Below, piece by piece: positions 36,746 through 47,636 of a DNA stretch of 64,000 bases; the stretch's first letter is position 1, and each line of letters starts with the position of its first letter. The notes under the pieces were generated by a model that was given only the letters and a program-made list of their open reading frames with translations, had not been told where the DNA came from and searched no databases. Position numbers and translations under genes: made by a program. The stretch is from Paecilomyces variotii (Eukaryota), in assembly GCA_004022145.1 (NCBI GenBank), contig RCNU01000003.1. One strand, given 5' to 3'.

Positions 36746-38841
36746 ATGTTGGCTCTTCGCCCCAGGTGGGCATCCCAGCACTGCCTGGAACAATTTACGT
36801 ATAGGTAAGCATTGATTGCACGTATATTCCCTCATTTTACCCGTGTTCATTTCACCCTTCATATGATGAGACAACCCCTCTTTTACAGAACCGCTGCGGA
36901 TGATGCTTGGTCTTTTTGGCTAAGCAATGATCACAACCGGTTATATTATCTCTGACTATTGTTACATTGAAGTCTCTATTTCTCGAGAAAGACTTTTCTA
37001 TGAGCCTCGCTGACAGTTGGCGCACAGTGCAGGGTTATCGACCTCTCGAACCCTATCCCAGGTTCCTCGTACTACATCTAGATATCTACTCTGTATCCCA
37101 AGATATTCCAGCACCGCTGCTTCTCCTGAGAAAGCTTTCAAGGATCGGATACAGGAAGTCAGGAATGCCTGTCCTGAGCCGTATCCTCGCCTTGCAATAG
37201 ATAGTCGCACACTGAGCTGCTCAGAGTTCCGCTCTAGATATCAATATCTAGCCAATAATGAAACTGCTGAAGGTCACACTGTCGCTGTCAATGGTATGTG
37301 TCGAATTTTCTAAGTCGTAACCAAAAGAATAAAATTTGTACTTAGATTAGTAGGTAGGATACGTACCTACAGACTTGCCGGGAGCAAATTGATATTCTTC
37401 GATATCATTCAAGATGGCCAGAAGGTGCAGGTTATGTGCAACCAGCGCCGCCTGGATGGCGTAAGCCCAGAGCAGTTCAAAGGCTTCTATCGGCTACTCC
37501 GCCGCGGTGATGCTTTCTGTATGTATATATGAACCTCTGCGCAAGGTCGACGCGAGCGAGGCTGAACGCGTTATTGTAGCTGTAACCGGAACACCACAAC
37601 GGACGGGACGAGGTGAACTCACGATCGAAGCCACCGAGTTGCCAAAGCTGTTGTCCCCGTGTCTGCATGACGTGCCACTCGACGCGAAGGGGCATGAGAA
37701 TTCTCCTTATGCTCGCCATGTCCAGTTCCTCGCGGACCCGACGACAACTCATATACTCAGAGCCCGGTCGGAGATCGTCCAGTATCTACGACAATTCTTT
37801 CTCGATCGGTCCTTTATGGAAGTGAACACGCCTATAATTGCTACCGATGCTGGAGGAGCCGTTGCGCGTCCTTTCTACACGTCTGCGACGGAGTTCCCAG
37901 ACAGAACTCTTTCTCTGAGGATCGCTCCAGAGCTATGGCTCAAACGCCTGGTTGTCGGTGGTTTCGATAAAGTGTTCGAAATTGGACCTTCTTTCCGCAA
38001 TGAAGGTGAGTTTTACAAGTGGGCAATCGTGCAACGTGTTTTGTGCTGATGATGAAAAGGACTGGATAAGACACATAACCCCGAATTTACAACTTGCGAG
38101 TTCTATTATGCCTACGCTAATCTGGAAGTTCTCATGTCGATGACGGAGAGTCTTTTGTCGGGGATGGCAGCGCATATCCGCGAATTCAAGGAAAAGAGTG
38201 CAGAAACGTTGCACCCGACAGAAGTCGACTTCTCAACCCCTTTTCGCCGGATTGACTTTATCCCAGCAATCGAGGAGGCCATAGGTCGCAGTCTACCCGA
38301 TCTTACCTCCCCAGGGGCTGCTGAAGAGATCAAAACTCTTTTTGGAGAGCTCTCTCTCACGGTCCCTGAGAACCCTACCCTTCCACGGCTAATGGATGAG
38401 CTCTGTGCAACTTATATCGAGCCCCAATGTCAGGATCCAACATTCATCATCAATCCGCCCGAGTGCCTATCCCCTCTCTCGAAGTCATTCAACCACCCTG
38501 TCAACAACCAACGTGTTGCCGCGCGTGGGGAGCTCTTCATCGAGGGCAAGGAAGTGGTCAATACATACGAGGAGGAGAACTCTCCGTTCGAGCAGCGGAA
38601 GAAGTTCGAAGAGCAGCTACAATACAACAAGGCAGCGAATGAGCCTGGAAACGTGGACGAAAGCTATCTGCAGGCGCTTGAATGGGGTCTTCCCCCCACT
38701 GGAGGCTGGGGTTGCGGTGTTGATAGACTATGCATGCTTTTCACTGGTGCGAAGAGGATATCAGATGTGCTGCCCTTTGGCAACCTGCGGGCTGTGACTA
38801 GGCGACGCGATCAACAGTCCGGTTCTGAGTCAGATCAGTGA
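36746..38841 (+). CDS. msk1: Mitochondrial lysyl-tRNA synthetase (class II), 5 exons
   Basis: N-terminal presequence, OB-fold (GSKLIFFDI), GGAVARPF, LRIAPELWLKRLVVGG, FRNEG/LDKTHNPEFTTCEFY and GLPPTGGWGCGVDRLCM. Confidence 0.93.
36860..36958 (+). ncRNA. Intronic box C/D snoRNA, snR72-like (predicted guide for the LSU rRNA Am876 equivalent)
   Basis: Box C ATGATGA 36863-36869; guide CAGAACCGCTGCG 36886-36898; D' ATGA 36900-36903; 9-bp hairpin 36904-36926; C' ATGATCA 36927-36933; D CTGA 36952-36955. Lies inside LysRS intron 1 (36805-37027). Confidence 0.85.
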
Positions 38842-39412
38842 TGCTATACTATTTCTTGTCAGCGTCTAGAAGTTCCGCGGTTTGTCCAATGTCCGCATAA
38901 CGGACATTTTGTATACTAGTGTACCGATTAGGATATTGCAATACCCCAATGCCATGAATGATTGTTCAATATATATGAATCAGTTCAGTTGACGTGTCGT
39001 GTCGTGTCCGCACGGGGGATTTCTGGAGATAACATTTCTGTTGCTGGAGTAGAGAAGAACAAGCCTTATCACGATATATCCCCATGGAATGCATTGAGAA
39101 GAGTGATTTCCAGATGAACACAATCCCTTCTCAACTACAAAAAAAATTCGGTATCTATTCATATGGATGAAATGAGATTTACCCCATTTGAAGAAGCTAA
39201 TAAGAATACACTTACCCGCTCTTTATCACCAAAGACAAGTCTCTGTCGGGGCGGGCCGCGCCTATGAGCGGATTTCCTTCGGGACGCCGAGTCCAACCGC
39301 CGCCCGTGCGGCGGGGGAGGGGTCTATATCATGTTGATTTCTGCTTCAAGTTTTGTCTCCCCCCCTCAATTTCTGCACAGCATCTCTATGTATAGCGTAT
39401 ATATCTGCTAAA

Positions 39413-40742
39413 ATGGATCCAAAGAGCGTGACGCACGCGCAGGCGGTTACGGTGAGCTTGAAGGAGCTTCTTGATGGTGAGTTAAGTACCTTATTTGGTG
39501 GTAATCTTGGCTGGCCGCAGATAAAAAAGAAGAAAAAAAGAAGAAAAGGATCAAGAAGTCGAGTTTCAGAACACAAATTCGCTAATTTTGTTATGTATTG
39601 TCCAGGAACTGTATCTTTCGAAACCCTTTCTGAAGCCTTTGGACCTTCATCTCTGGGTATTATCGTCGTGAAGGATCTTCCTCCGAAATTCAAGGATCTC
39701 CGCGCTCAAGTGTTATCCAACGCTTCATATCTGGCTGCACTTCCTGAAGAGGAATTAGGTAAGATAAAATAAAATTAGTCCCTTATCTATCTTTCCAGAG
39801 CCCTTTTTTTTCCTTTTTCTTCTTCATGTTCCTCCTTATCAGAGTTAACTTAGGTAACGTAACTAACCACCACCCACAGAATCCCTCACCAGTCCAGAAT
39901 CCAAATACCTCGTCGGCTGGTCCTGTGGGAAAGAAACCCTCCGATCCGGCCACTTCGACACCCTAAAGGGCTCCTACTACGTCAATTGCGCATTCTACCA
40001 AAACCCCGAACTGCAGAATGCCCCCGCGGAAGGATTCCCTGATTTCTCACAGTACACGGCGCCTAATATCTGGCCGCCACAGGACCGACTGCCTACTTTC
40101 CGGAAGAGTATCGAGGATCTATGTACTTTGATCATTGATACTGCGGCGTTGGTGGCGAGGGCTTGTGATCGGTATGCGTTGGCGAATATTGAGGGGTATA
40201 AGGAGGGGTATCTTGAACATGTGGTGAAGACGAGTTTGACTACGAAGGCGAGGTTGTTGCATTATTTCCCTACTGTTGGCAACGATACTTCGGAGGAAAA
40301 GAAGGAGGAGGAGGGGGAGGAAGGAGATGACTGGTGTGCCACACACCTCGACCACGGCTGTCTCACAGGTCTCACATCCGCCATGTTCATCGACGAGGCC
40401 GCTCATCCCATCGACCCAACTTCCACCCACCCTCTACCTGAACTATCTCAATCCCCTGATCCCTCCGCGGGACTCTACATCCGCTCTCGCACAGGCGAGA
40501 TCGTCAAAGTCAATATCCCCAAGGACTGTCTGGCGTTTCAGACTGGTGAGGCGCTGCAGCTTATTACGCAAGGGAAGTTCCGCGCTGTGCCGCATTTCGT
40601 GAAGGGGGCGAAGACGAGTGGTGATGCGCGTATTGCAAGGAATACGTTGGCGGTGTTTACGCAGCCGAATTTGGGAGAGGAGGTTGAGGCTGGGAAGACG
40701 TTTGCGGATTTTGCGAGGGAGGTTGTTGAGAGGACGTATTGA
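39413..40742 (+). CDS. 2-oxoglutarate/Fe(II)-dependent oxygenase (IPNS-like fold), 3 exons
   Basis: EAFGPSSLGIIVVKDLP, VGWSCGKETL, KGSYYVN, ARLLHYFP, WCATHLDHGCLTGL (HxD), AVPHFV (H) and ARNTLAVF (R). Confidence 0.88.
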
Positions 40743-40808
40743 TTTTGTTTTGATATCAGGGGAGTTTTTGGTACTGCTGTTATTTGTCGTTATATATATT
40801 ATTTGAGC

Positions 40809-40811
<3 letters not shown>

Positions 40812-40842
<31 letters not shown>
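40812..40842. repeat. (AT)n microsatellite
   Basis: About 15 AT units between two convergent genes. Confidence 0.95.
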
Positions 40843-40844
<2 letters not shown>

Positions 40845-41218
40845 CCAAGTCGAATGCGTGGGAAAGAAGAAATCCTGATCTGGTCAATTTAATACTCTAT
40901 TATTGTACAGTACATACATGAATTTGTTTTTTTGGCCTGGGGGGATAAAAATGCAGTGTTAATAGTAAATGCAACAACAATTTCAAGTGAAACTAGCTCG
41001 TAGCTAAGTAGCTGGGTTTTTTTGTAACCGACTGAGAGCAACCAACCGACCAAACTCCAGGGATGTTTTATCATATGGTATCATACCATGGCCCTATTCA
41101 GTGGGATATTAAAGATACAAGCAATAGTAAAAAAAAAGGAATAAAGAACAGCAACGTTCGTCTCAATCGTCAAGTCGTTAGAGAGAGCGAGAAAAAGAAA
41201 AGGGGATGAGAAGAGGTT

Positions 41219-44146
41219 TTACGCGAAGGGGATATCACCCAAGGCGTTACCGTTCTGGGAGTCAGCGATGGAGTCTTCATCGTCGTCCTCATCTTCGTCA
41301 GAGTCGTCATCCTCTTTGGAGTCTTCAGAATCATCATCGTCGTCGTCGTCATCGTCATCGTCGGAGGAGTCGAGGTAACCGCCAAGACCGCGACTGACGA
41401 GGCTGCTGGTCTTGCCGACCTCCGCAAAGCTGGACCTGGAAGAGTTGGCAGCAGCTGGACGTCCACGTTCCATTGGGATCATGGCGTCGCGAAGATCGTT
41501 CTTGTTGTAGTTCCCGTCGAGACATTTGAGGATGGCGCGCCACATCTTGGGGAGACGGGCAGCGCTGTATTTACCGACATCATCGCCGTTAAGGGAATCG
41601 ATTGCCAGGCTCTGGGTGCGGTAGTCGCCCCAGAACCAGTCCTTGCCTTCGGGGATGCGGTCATCGCGCTGGCGGGAAAACCAGCGAGCGTAGACGACGC
41701 TGAAGAGGTCAAGTCCGAGATGGGCGGGTTCCAGCTGGTCGGTCCGCATGTAAAGCTTGAGCGCTTCGGGGTTGAAGAGACGGCCGATCACCATGTCCTG
41801 CGAGATTTCAGACTCCAGGTTCGGATCGTGCTGGTGGTACCAGTTTCCCCACCCAGCCATTCCGACGTCTTTGAAGACTTGGACGATCTCTTCTTCACTG
41901 AGTGGCTTAGGGGGACCAGTCTCGCCCGGTGGACGGTATGCACGTTCAGGGGAAAGAGTGTACATTCTACCGTCGAGGCGCACGGTGTGCTTCTCACAGA
42001 GTAGGGGTGACTTGGGATCGTCGATGCAGTTATTCAAATCCATGCGAATGTCGGTAATAACCAAGACATCGGTGACTTCTCCCACGGGGTTGTCAAGGCT
42101 GTAGCCCCTGGGCTTGAGACGGACAACGTCACCGACCACGTAGAGCTCCGCTCCGATCCAGATGCCGCAACAGTAGATAGACGCGTTAGGCCAGTTACCC
42201 TGGAAAGCATTCTTTCCAAGGAGACTGAAAGAGGACATGACAGTGAGAGCGAAGACGATGGAGACGTGCCATTCGGTGTTAGGGATTCCGCTAAGGCAGA
42301 AATGGTAGTAGTTGAACGGCTTGATCGAGTTCAAGTGGACATATCTGTACTGAAGGGAGTGGTCCTTGTCGAGCGAGTTCGGGTCAGGGAAAGTCTCGAT
42401 GCGGAATCCGGAGTAGTTGACCTCCCATTCCTTCTTGGTTGGCTTCTCGATGTCCTGCATCTTGACGGGATCCGTTTCGGGGACCTGTCCGACGGTGCCG
42501 GCCCTCCATTCAGGGGTACCAAGCCACTCATCCTTTTCAGGATCATACATCTGGATAACACCCTTCTCCTCGTTGTAACGAAGCTCTCCCTGGAGATGGG
42601 GGATCCACATAACCAGCTCGCCCGCACGAGGGATCCAGGAAGGCTGGACGTCAAGAGCTTCAAGGTAGGGCGGGAGGTGCTTCTTCAAGACCCTCCATTC
42701 GATGTTATCCATCTCCTTGATCTTGAGATCGACCGGTTCGCCTCCCTTTTCTTTGAGCGTCTGTACGGCCATCTTCCAGACATCCGGATTACCTTCTGGG
42801 TCAACAGGGGTCCCGCGAGAACGGGAGTAGCCCGGGAGATATCCCTCCCCCAAAGAGCGGCCTGTACAGCAGGTTAACACCATAGGAGTCTCATAGGAAG
42901 GCAATATAATTCTTACCCTTGGCCGGCTCGGTCTCCTTTTCCTTGCCTTTCATCTTCGAACCCTGGGATTCTCTTTTCCGTTGGTTTATGCAAAGATCAC
43001 ACCCGCAGTCGCCCTGCTTCCCAGTGATAAACCAGTAAAAGTGGGGGAAGAATCTATTCGGAGAGTTGAAGTACGCCCCTGAAGGGTGTCCCCAGAGATA
43101 TTTGTCACGCTATTCGAGCGATATCAGCATCAGGGAAGAACACAACTCGGTCAGCAGAGCAACATGATATCAAGATATACGTACGATCGTGCTGTCAGAC
43201 GGACGCGGCTTATCAAAGAGAGCGTAGCCTTCAGGAAGCCTCTCGAGGATGTAGTTCTCTCCTGTTTAGGTCGCGTTGAAGCATTAGCTAGGAGAAGAAG
43301 GACGACGCGTCGTTGTGGGAGATGAACTGAACGCTCCGAGAAAAAGACGCTAAGCATAACAACCACCACAACATGGCCAGCAACAGGTAACAAAGAGATC
43401 GGAAAGAGATGCCGAATTAATCCGACAGTAGGGCGGTGTGATTTTATTTTCACACATAGGCTGTAAACCTGTAAACCTTTCACAGTCCATAATGCTTCAT
43501 GAACAGAACGCCCTCCACGATGGTCACTGTAGCCGTTGCTGACAGGATGGCACAACGGCCTCCTGTGCCCTGAGGATATGATATATTCCATGGTAGCAAG
43601 GCTCCTATATTGAGACTTGGGTCGAAAGCTAACCATATCAGAGCAGAGAAGTTGAACAACTCGACCGCGGAGACAACAGGGCCACCATGATACCAGCAAG
43701 TCTTCCTACAGAGAAAAGCAGAATGGAAATCAAAGCAGACAACAAAGCCAAGGACATTATAAAAGAAAAGCAAGAAGCAAGAGCAAGGGCAATACAAGGT
43801 CCTTGAAGAAGAAGGTGAAGGGGAAAGGGGCAACCAAAAAAACATCATACAAAACAACAACACTCCAGCACACATGCACACAAAATACGCCCCTTCTCAA
43901 ACATCAAAAAGCACAATCAAAGAAAACGAACCAGAACAGAACAAAAGCAAAGGTAAGAAGAGGTTGCTTACCAGGCTCATACTCATTTCTCTTGAGCATC
44001 CACATCTTCGCGGTTTTCTCCCTATACAAGCTATCATCCGGACGGTGATAGTTTGGATCCTTCGGCCAAGTCTCCTTGTCCCCATCACTGAGGGAGTGAT
44101 CGAGCGGGACCTGTGTCCATTTGATGTTGCTCTGAGACAACGCCAT
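41219..44146 (-). CDS. clr2: Clr2-like transcription-silencing protein (SHREC), 4 exons
   Basis: MALSQ...SDGD...W... / GENYILERLPEGYALFD / DKYLWGHPSGAYFNSPNRFFPHFYW...CGCDLC. Also PSWIPRAGELVMW, WRAGTVGQVP, NYSGFRIETFPDPN, GIWIGAELYVVGDVVRL and an acidic tail. Confidence 0.87.
43459..43692 (-). ncRNA. Candidate intronic H/ACA-like structured RNA
   Basis: Minus strand: hairpin 1 (CATGGTGGC/GCTACCATG, CTCC/GGAG, GGTCGA/TCGACC), H box ATATCA, hairpin 2 (CCTGT/ACAGG; ACAGT-CCAT/ATGG-ACTGT), then TTT-ACA-GCC. Confidence 0.45.
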
Positions 44147-44864
44147 TGGTGCTTGCAACTTCTCAGGAGAACTTGAGCTGCATCGAAGTGAGCTACGCTC
44201 TGGGGATGAAGATTCGAGTCAGAAGACCCGGGTGAAATGAGGAGGTCTCGAGCCTTGCAGAGTATTTTGTTGTGTTTCAGATTGGCCGACAAGCAAACCA
44301 AGGTGATATGATAATGAATGAATGGTCCAGGTCTGTCATTTATTATGGTTACGGATCTAGACTAAATTCACCAAAGAAAACGCCCGGCGGCAAGTCGGAG
44401 TTTGGGCAGCCTGGCGGTGGATTAGAGGTCACATGATATGGAGAGCAACTACTGATCAAACAAGGGGATTATTGAGCTTCTGGGGTTTCACTTTGGGTCT
44501 AGGTCTTGAATTGAAGGTTCTCTCAGCTCCGTGAAGGTAAAATTCCAAAAATTCAGTTCACATTGGTTGTTTTGACATCTTTGGCATCTGAGGGGAAAAG
44601 TTCATGGATCCCGCACCCGATTCGTCAATCCTACAAGGCCGCTACAGCATGCATGAGGAACTACAACTATAACAGATCTCTGCTATTGAAATCTCATGAG
44701 AATAGGTGAACTATTCTGTGCAGGGTGGTGTACTGAACATTCACGTGAAGGTTCCTGAAATTGGAGGACTTTGGATATTCTTATAAAGAAGGCTAATGTG
44801 ACTAATATATGGCTAGTGAGGGTTTGTTACATGGTCTTCATACATTTCATGCCAAGGGGATCGT

Positions 44865-47339
44865 TTAGTTCTGACTTGGTTCTTCTACAGATTGCTCCTC
44901 CGCTGACACGGCGTCATCTTCTGCTTCATAAGGTGGAGGGGCGAGCTCTCCCTCCTCGACCCAGACCTTGCGCAGTTCGTTCTCAATCTCCTCTCGGCGC
45001 CGCTTCCACTCTTCGACCTTATCCAAGCGCTTGCGCAGTTCCTGCAGCTCCTTTTCAACGCCGAGTTTCTCCTTTTCCGTTCCAATTCTCTCGAATTCCC
45101 ATTCATCGCCTCGCGGGCCCAAACCCAACGTGAGGGTGAAGGTGTGATATTTCTTCAAAGAGGCGCGGGTCGAGATCGTGATCAACGTAATTCCCTTCTC
45201 CTTTGCCCTCTCATAGAGTAGGCCCTCGACATCTGACGAGACAGCAGATGTGCCCTCGTCGACAAAGGCATAGCTTGGCTCGTGGTACAACAGCCGGGCC
45301 ATGCCCATCCTCTGCTTCTCGCCTCCGCTGAGTACATCCTTCCATTCTTTTCGGCAGTCCCAGCCGCCTTCGCGGTCGGGAAGGTAACCGAGATGCACTT
45401 CTTCGAGAATCCTCAGAAGCTCACGGTCCGTCCTGCCCTTATCACGCATATCCATCTCGGTATCTGGGTAGATGACCTGGTCACGCAGAGTTCCGACGCT
45501 GAGATAAGGCCTTTGGGGTAAGAACATGATACCATCGGTGCCGAATCCGCGCGGCTTGCTGACCAGACCGCGGTACACCGGCCACAAACCAGCAACGACA
45601 CGGGCGATGGCCGACTTTCCGACTCCGTTCGGACCGGACACGAGAAGATGTTCGCCAGAGTGGACAATGAAGGTGAGGTCCTCAAGCAGCTCGTCACCTC
45701 CGTGAGGATAGAGAGCAGGTGCTACAATAGGAACGTGCTCGAGACGAACACCATCAAAGCCATTATGGATGGTTCCCTGAACATCAGAGAGGGAATAAAT
45801 TTCGGGATGTGTTCCACGAGGCTGGTAGTATGCGTTTGCATATACGCGATGCAGGGCCGAAATGAGCGTGTAAACCCGCGACGTGTAGCCGGCCAACTCG
45901 GACAGATCCTTGATGCTATACATCATGCGACCGCCGGCGTCTGCCAGAGACAGCATTAGCCGCTTGTTCGTAATGAATTCCTTCATACGGCCGCGCTCCC
46001 GATGGGACTCCTCAGCTGCATTCGCCAGTTCCATGACTCCACCAAGACCGCCCCATGCTGGAAGGAACACGGGTAGCGAGGTGATCAGGTACCCGAAAGC
46101 TGACCAGGAATATTTCAAGATAATATCCTCGATCATGTTGTATCGTATCTTGAGACTGTAAATGCCTTCCATCCATCGTTGCAAGTCGCCAAAGCTCTTC
46201 ACCAGGAAGATCCGCTCAATATCGGAGCCGCCATAGAAGGCGACCTCTTCCGCGTTGGCAAGCAGACGGGTGTGCAATCCTCTGAAATCTCCTTCCTTCT
46301 TGCCTTCCACTGCCTTCAGTTTGCCAAATGGAGGTGAAAGTTTGCGGAGGACAACCGCCGTGCTGAAGTAACCGCTGAGAATGCCAGTCAAGGCCAGAGG
46401 GCCTAGAGATCGGTAGAGCTGATAGTTGAAGACAAACAGGTCAACCAGCGGCTTTCCTATCGAGGAATAGAGAGCGGCAGCGGAAGAACAGAAGAGGGTG
46501 AGATCCTGGGTAATGAACTGGTCTGCTCCTTGACCCACACCACCGTCCAGATTCGACAGTTTATAGTAGCTCAGGCTGTCATTGAGATAAAGGTCGTGAA
46601 TGTACCTAGTGAGCCGCGTCCGGAAGGCGATCGAGACCTTCGACTGAAGGAACTTGATCATAGCGTTTGTGTACGATGCGAACGTTCCTATACCGCACCA
46701 TTTAATGATCCCCCAGATGAACGCTCGCCCCTTCCCAGCAACGAGATCTCTCACGATCTCACCGTCTAACCGGGCAATCAGCAGGGATAAATAGGTCCGC
46801 AGCAGCAAAAACATGCCGTGACTTAATAACAAGCCCGTCTCTTTGCTGTGCCATCGAGGAATCATGATGCTCAGCAAGCTAAGGAACTGGTGAAGAAACG
46901 CCAGGTTCAATCCTGGCTTGGTCGATGGTGGAGGGATCTCACTCAAGGGCTCTCCGTCAGTCATTCGTGCGGATCGAGGCGGGTTCAAGAACAATCTGCG
47001 ATGGGCATCGAAGGTGGTCGGTTTCGTCGGATTTATGGTCACCTTAGATGTCGCGTTATCTCTGTAGGGGACGTAAATGATTCGAGATCCATCTTTGGCT
47101 CGGATTCCCGAATTACGACGTAGTAAACGTCGCCCTTGAGCCCGTTCTTTGGCCGTATCCCGCAGCCATTTGTATCCCCCATAACTAGAGCCCACGATGG
47201 AAAGCAGTAGCAGCACGGTACCAGCTATTCGCGTCGTTCGCGATGAGTGCCCTACCGTGGCACGAAACCGAGCGAGGTAGTGTCTGTACAAGGCGACGAG
47301 GGGATCCTCGGGCCGTCGAAGGGTCGACTGAGCTGCCAT
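44865..47339 (-). CDS. pxa1: Peroxisomal half-size ABC transporter (ABCD family)
   Basis: 824-aa intronless ORF with EAA-like motif NAEEVAFYGG, Walker A GPNGVGKS, LPQRPY, LSGGEKQR and FVDEGTSAVS. The Pxa1 vs Pxa2 assignment is less certain than the family. Confidence 0.9.
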   Translation of the reverse strand: MAAQSTLRRPEDPLVALYRHYLARFRATVGHSSRTTRIAGTVLLLLSIVGSSYGGYKWLRDTAKERAQGRRLLRRNSGIRAKDGSRIIYVPYRDNATSKVTINPTKPTTFDAHRRLFLNPPRSARMTDGEPLSEIPPPSTKPGLNLAFLHQFLSLLSIMIPRWHSKETGLLLSHGMFLLLRTYLSLLIARLDGEIVRDLVAGKGRAFIWGIIKWCGIGTFASYTNAMIKFLQSKVSIAFRTRLTRYIHDLYLNDSLSYYKLSNLDGGVGQGADQFITQDLTLFCSSAAALYSSIGKPLVDLFVFNYQLYRSLGPLALTGILSGYFSTAVVLRKLSPPFGKLKAVEGKKEGDFRGLHTRLLANAEEVAFYGGSDIERIFLVKSFGDLQRWMEGIYSLKIRYNMIEDIILKYSWSAFGYLITSLPVFLPAWGGLGGVMELANAAEESHRERGRMKEFITNKRLMLSLADAGGRMMYSIKDLSELAGYTSRVYTLISALHRVYANAYYQPRGTHPEIYSLSDVQGTIHNGFDGVRLEHVPIVAPALYPHGGDELLEDLTFIVHSGEHLLVSGPNGVGKSAIARVVAGLWPVYRGLVSKPRGFGTDGIMFLPQRPYLSVGTLRDQVIYPDTEMDMRDKGRTDRELLRILEEVHLGYLPDREGGWDCRKEWKDVLSGGEKQRMGMARLLYHEPSYAFVDEGTSAVSSDVEGLLYERAKEKGITLITISTRASLKKYHTFTLTLGLGPRGDEWEFERIGTEKEKLGVEKELQELRKRLDKVEEWKRRREEIENELRKVWVEEGELAPPPYEAEDDAVSAEEQSVEEPSQN

Positions 47340-47630
47340 CTTGTCTTGTCTCGTCTTGTCTTGTGTTTGCTATCTGTTGTATCTGGCCCCTCTTCGCGGT
47401 CACGATCCGATGCTGTCCGACCGACAGGCTACACCTGCAGCAGCTCGCATGCTCAGAGCTGGAGGCCCAAAATCGTAGGGTTCGAATACAGGCGTCTGAT
47501 GTCTGTGTCTCTCAAGTATTTACGCAGAACAGATGCGCAGGAAGGCAAACAATGGAGAGTGTATCGCATCTTCCGGAGACGTGGTCAGCGTTGACGTCGA
47601 GGGCCTAAAGCGGTTGTTTGCATGTGATGA

Positions 47631-47636
47631 CCTCGG
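47631..47636. promoter_or_regulatory. FarA/FarB fatty-acid response element CCTCGG
   Basis: TGACCTCGG about 290 bp upstream of the peroxisomal ABC transporter ATG. Confidence 0.5.

Noticed and set aside
43694-43705. Possible 12-nt in-frame cassette exon (TAG/GAAGACTTGCTG/GTATCA) in the clr2 intron
   Set aside because: The donor is weak and there is no clear branch point; it cannot be supported without RNA-seq.
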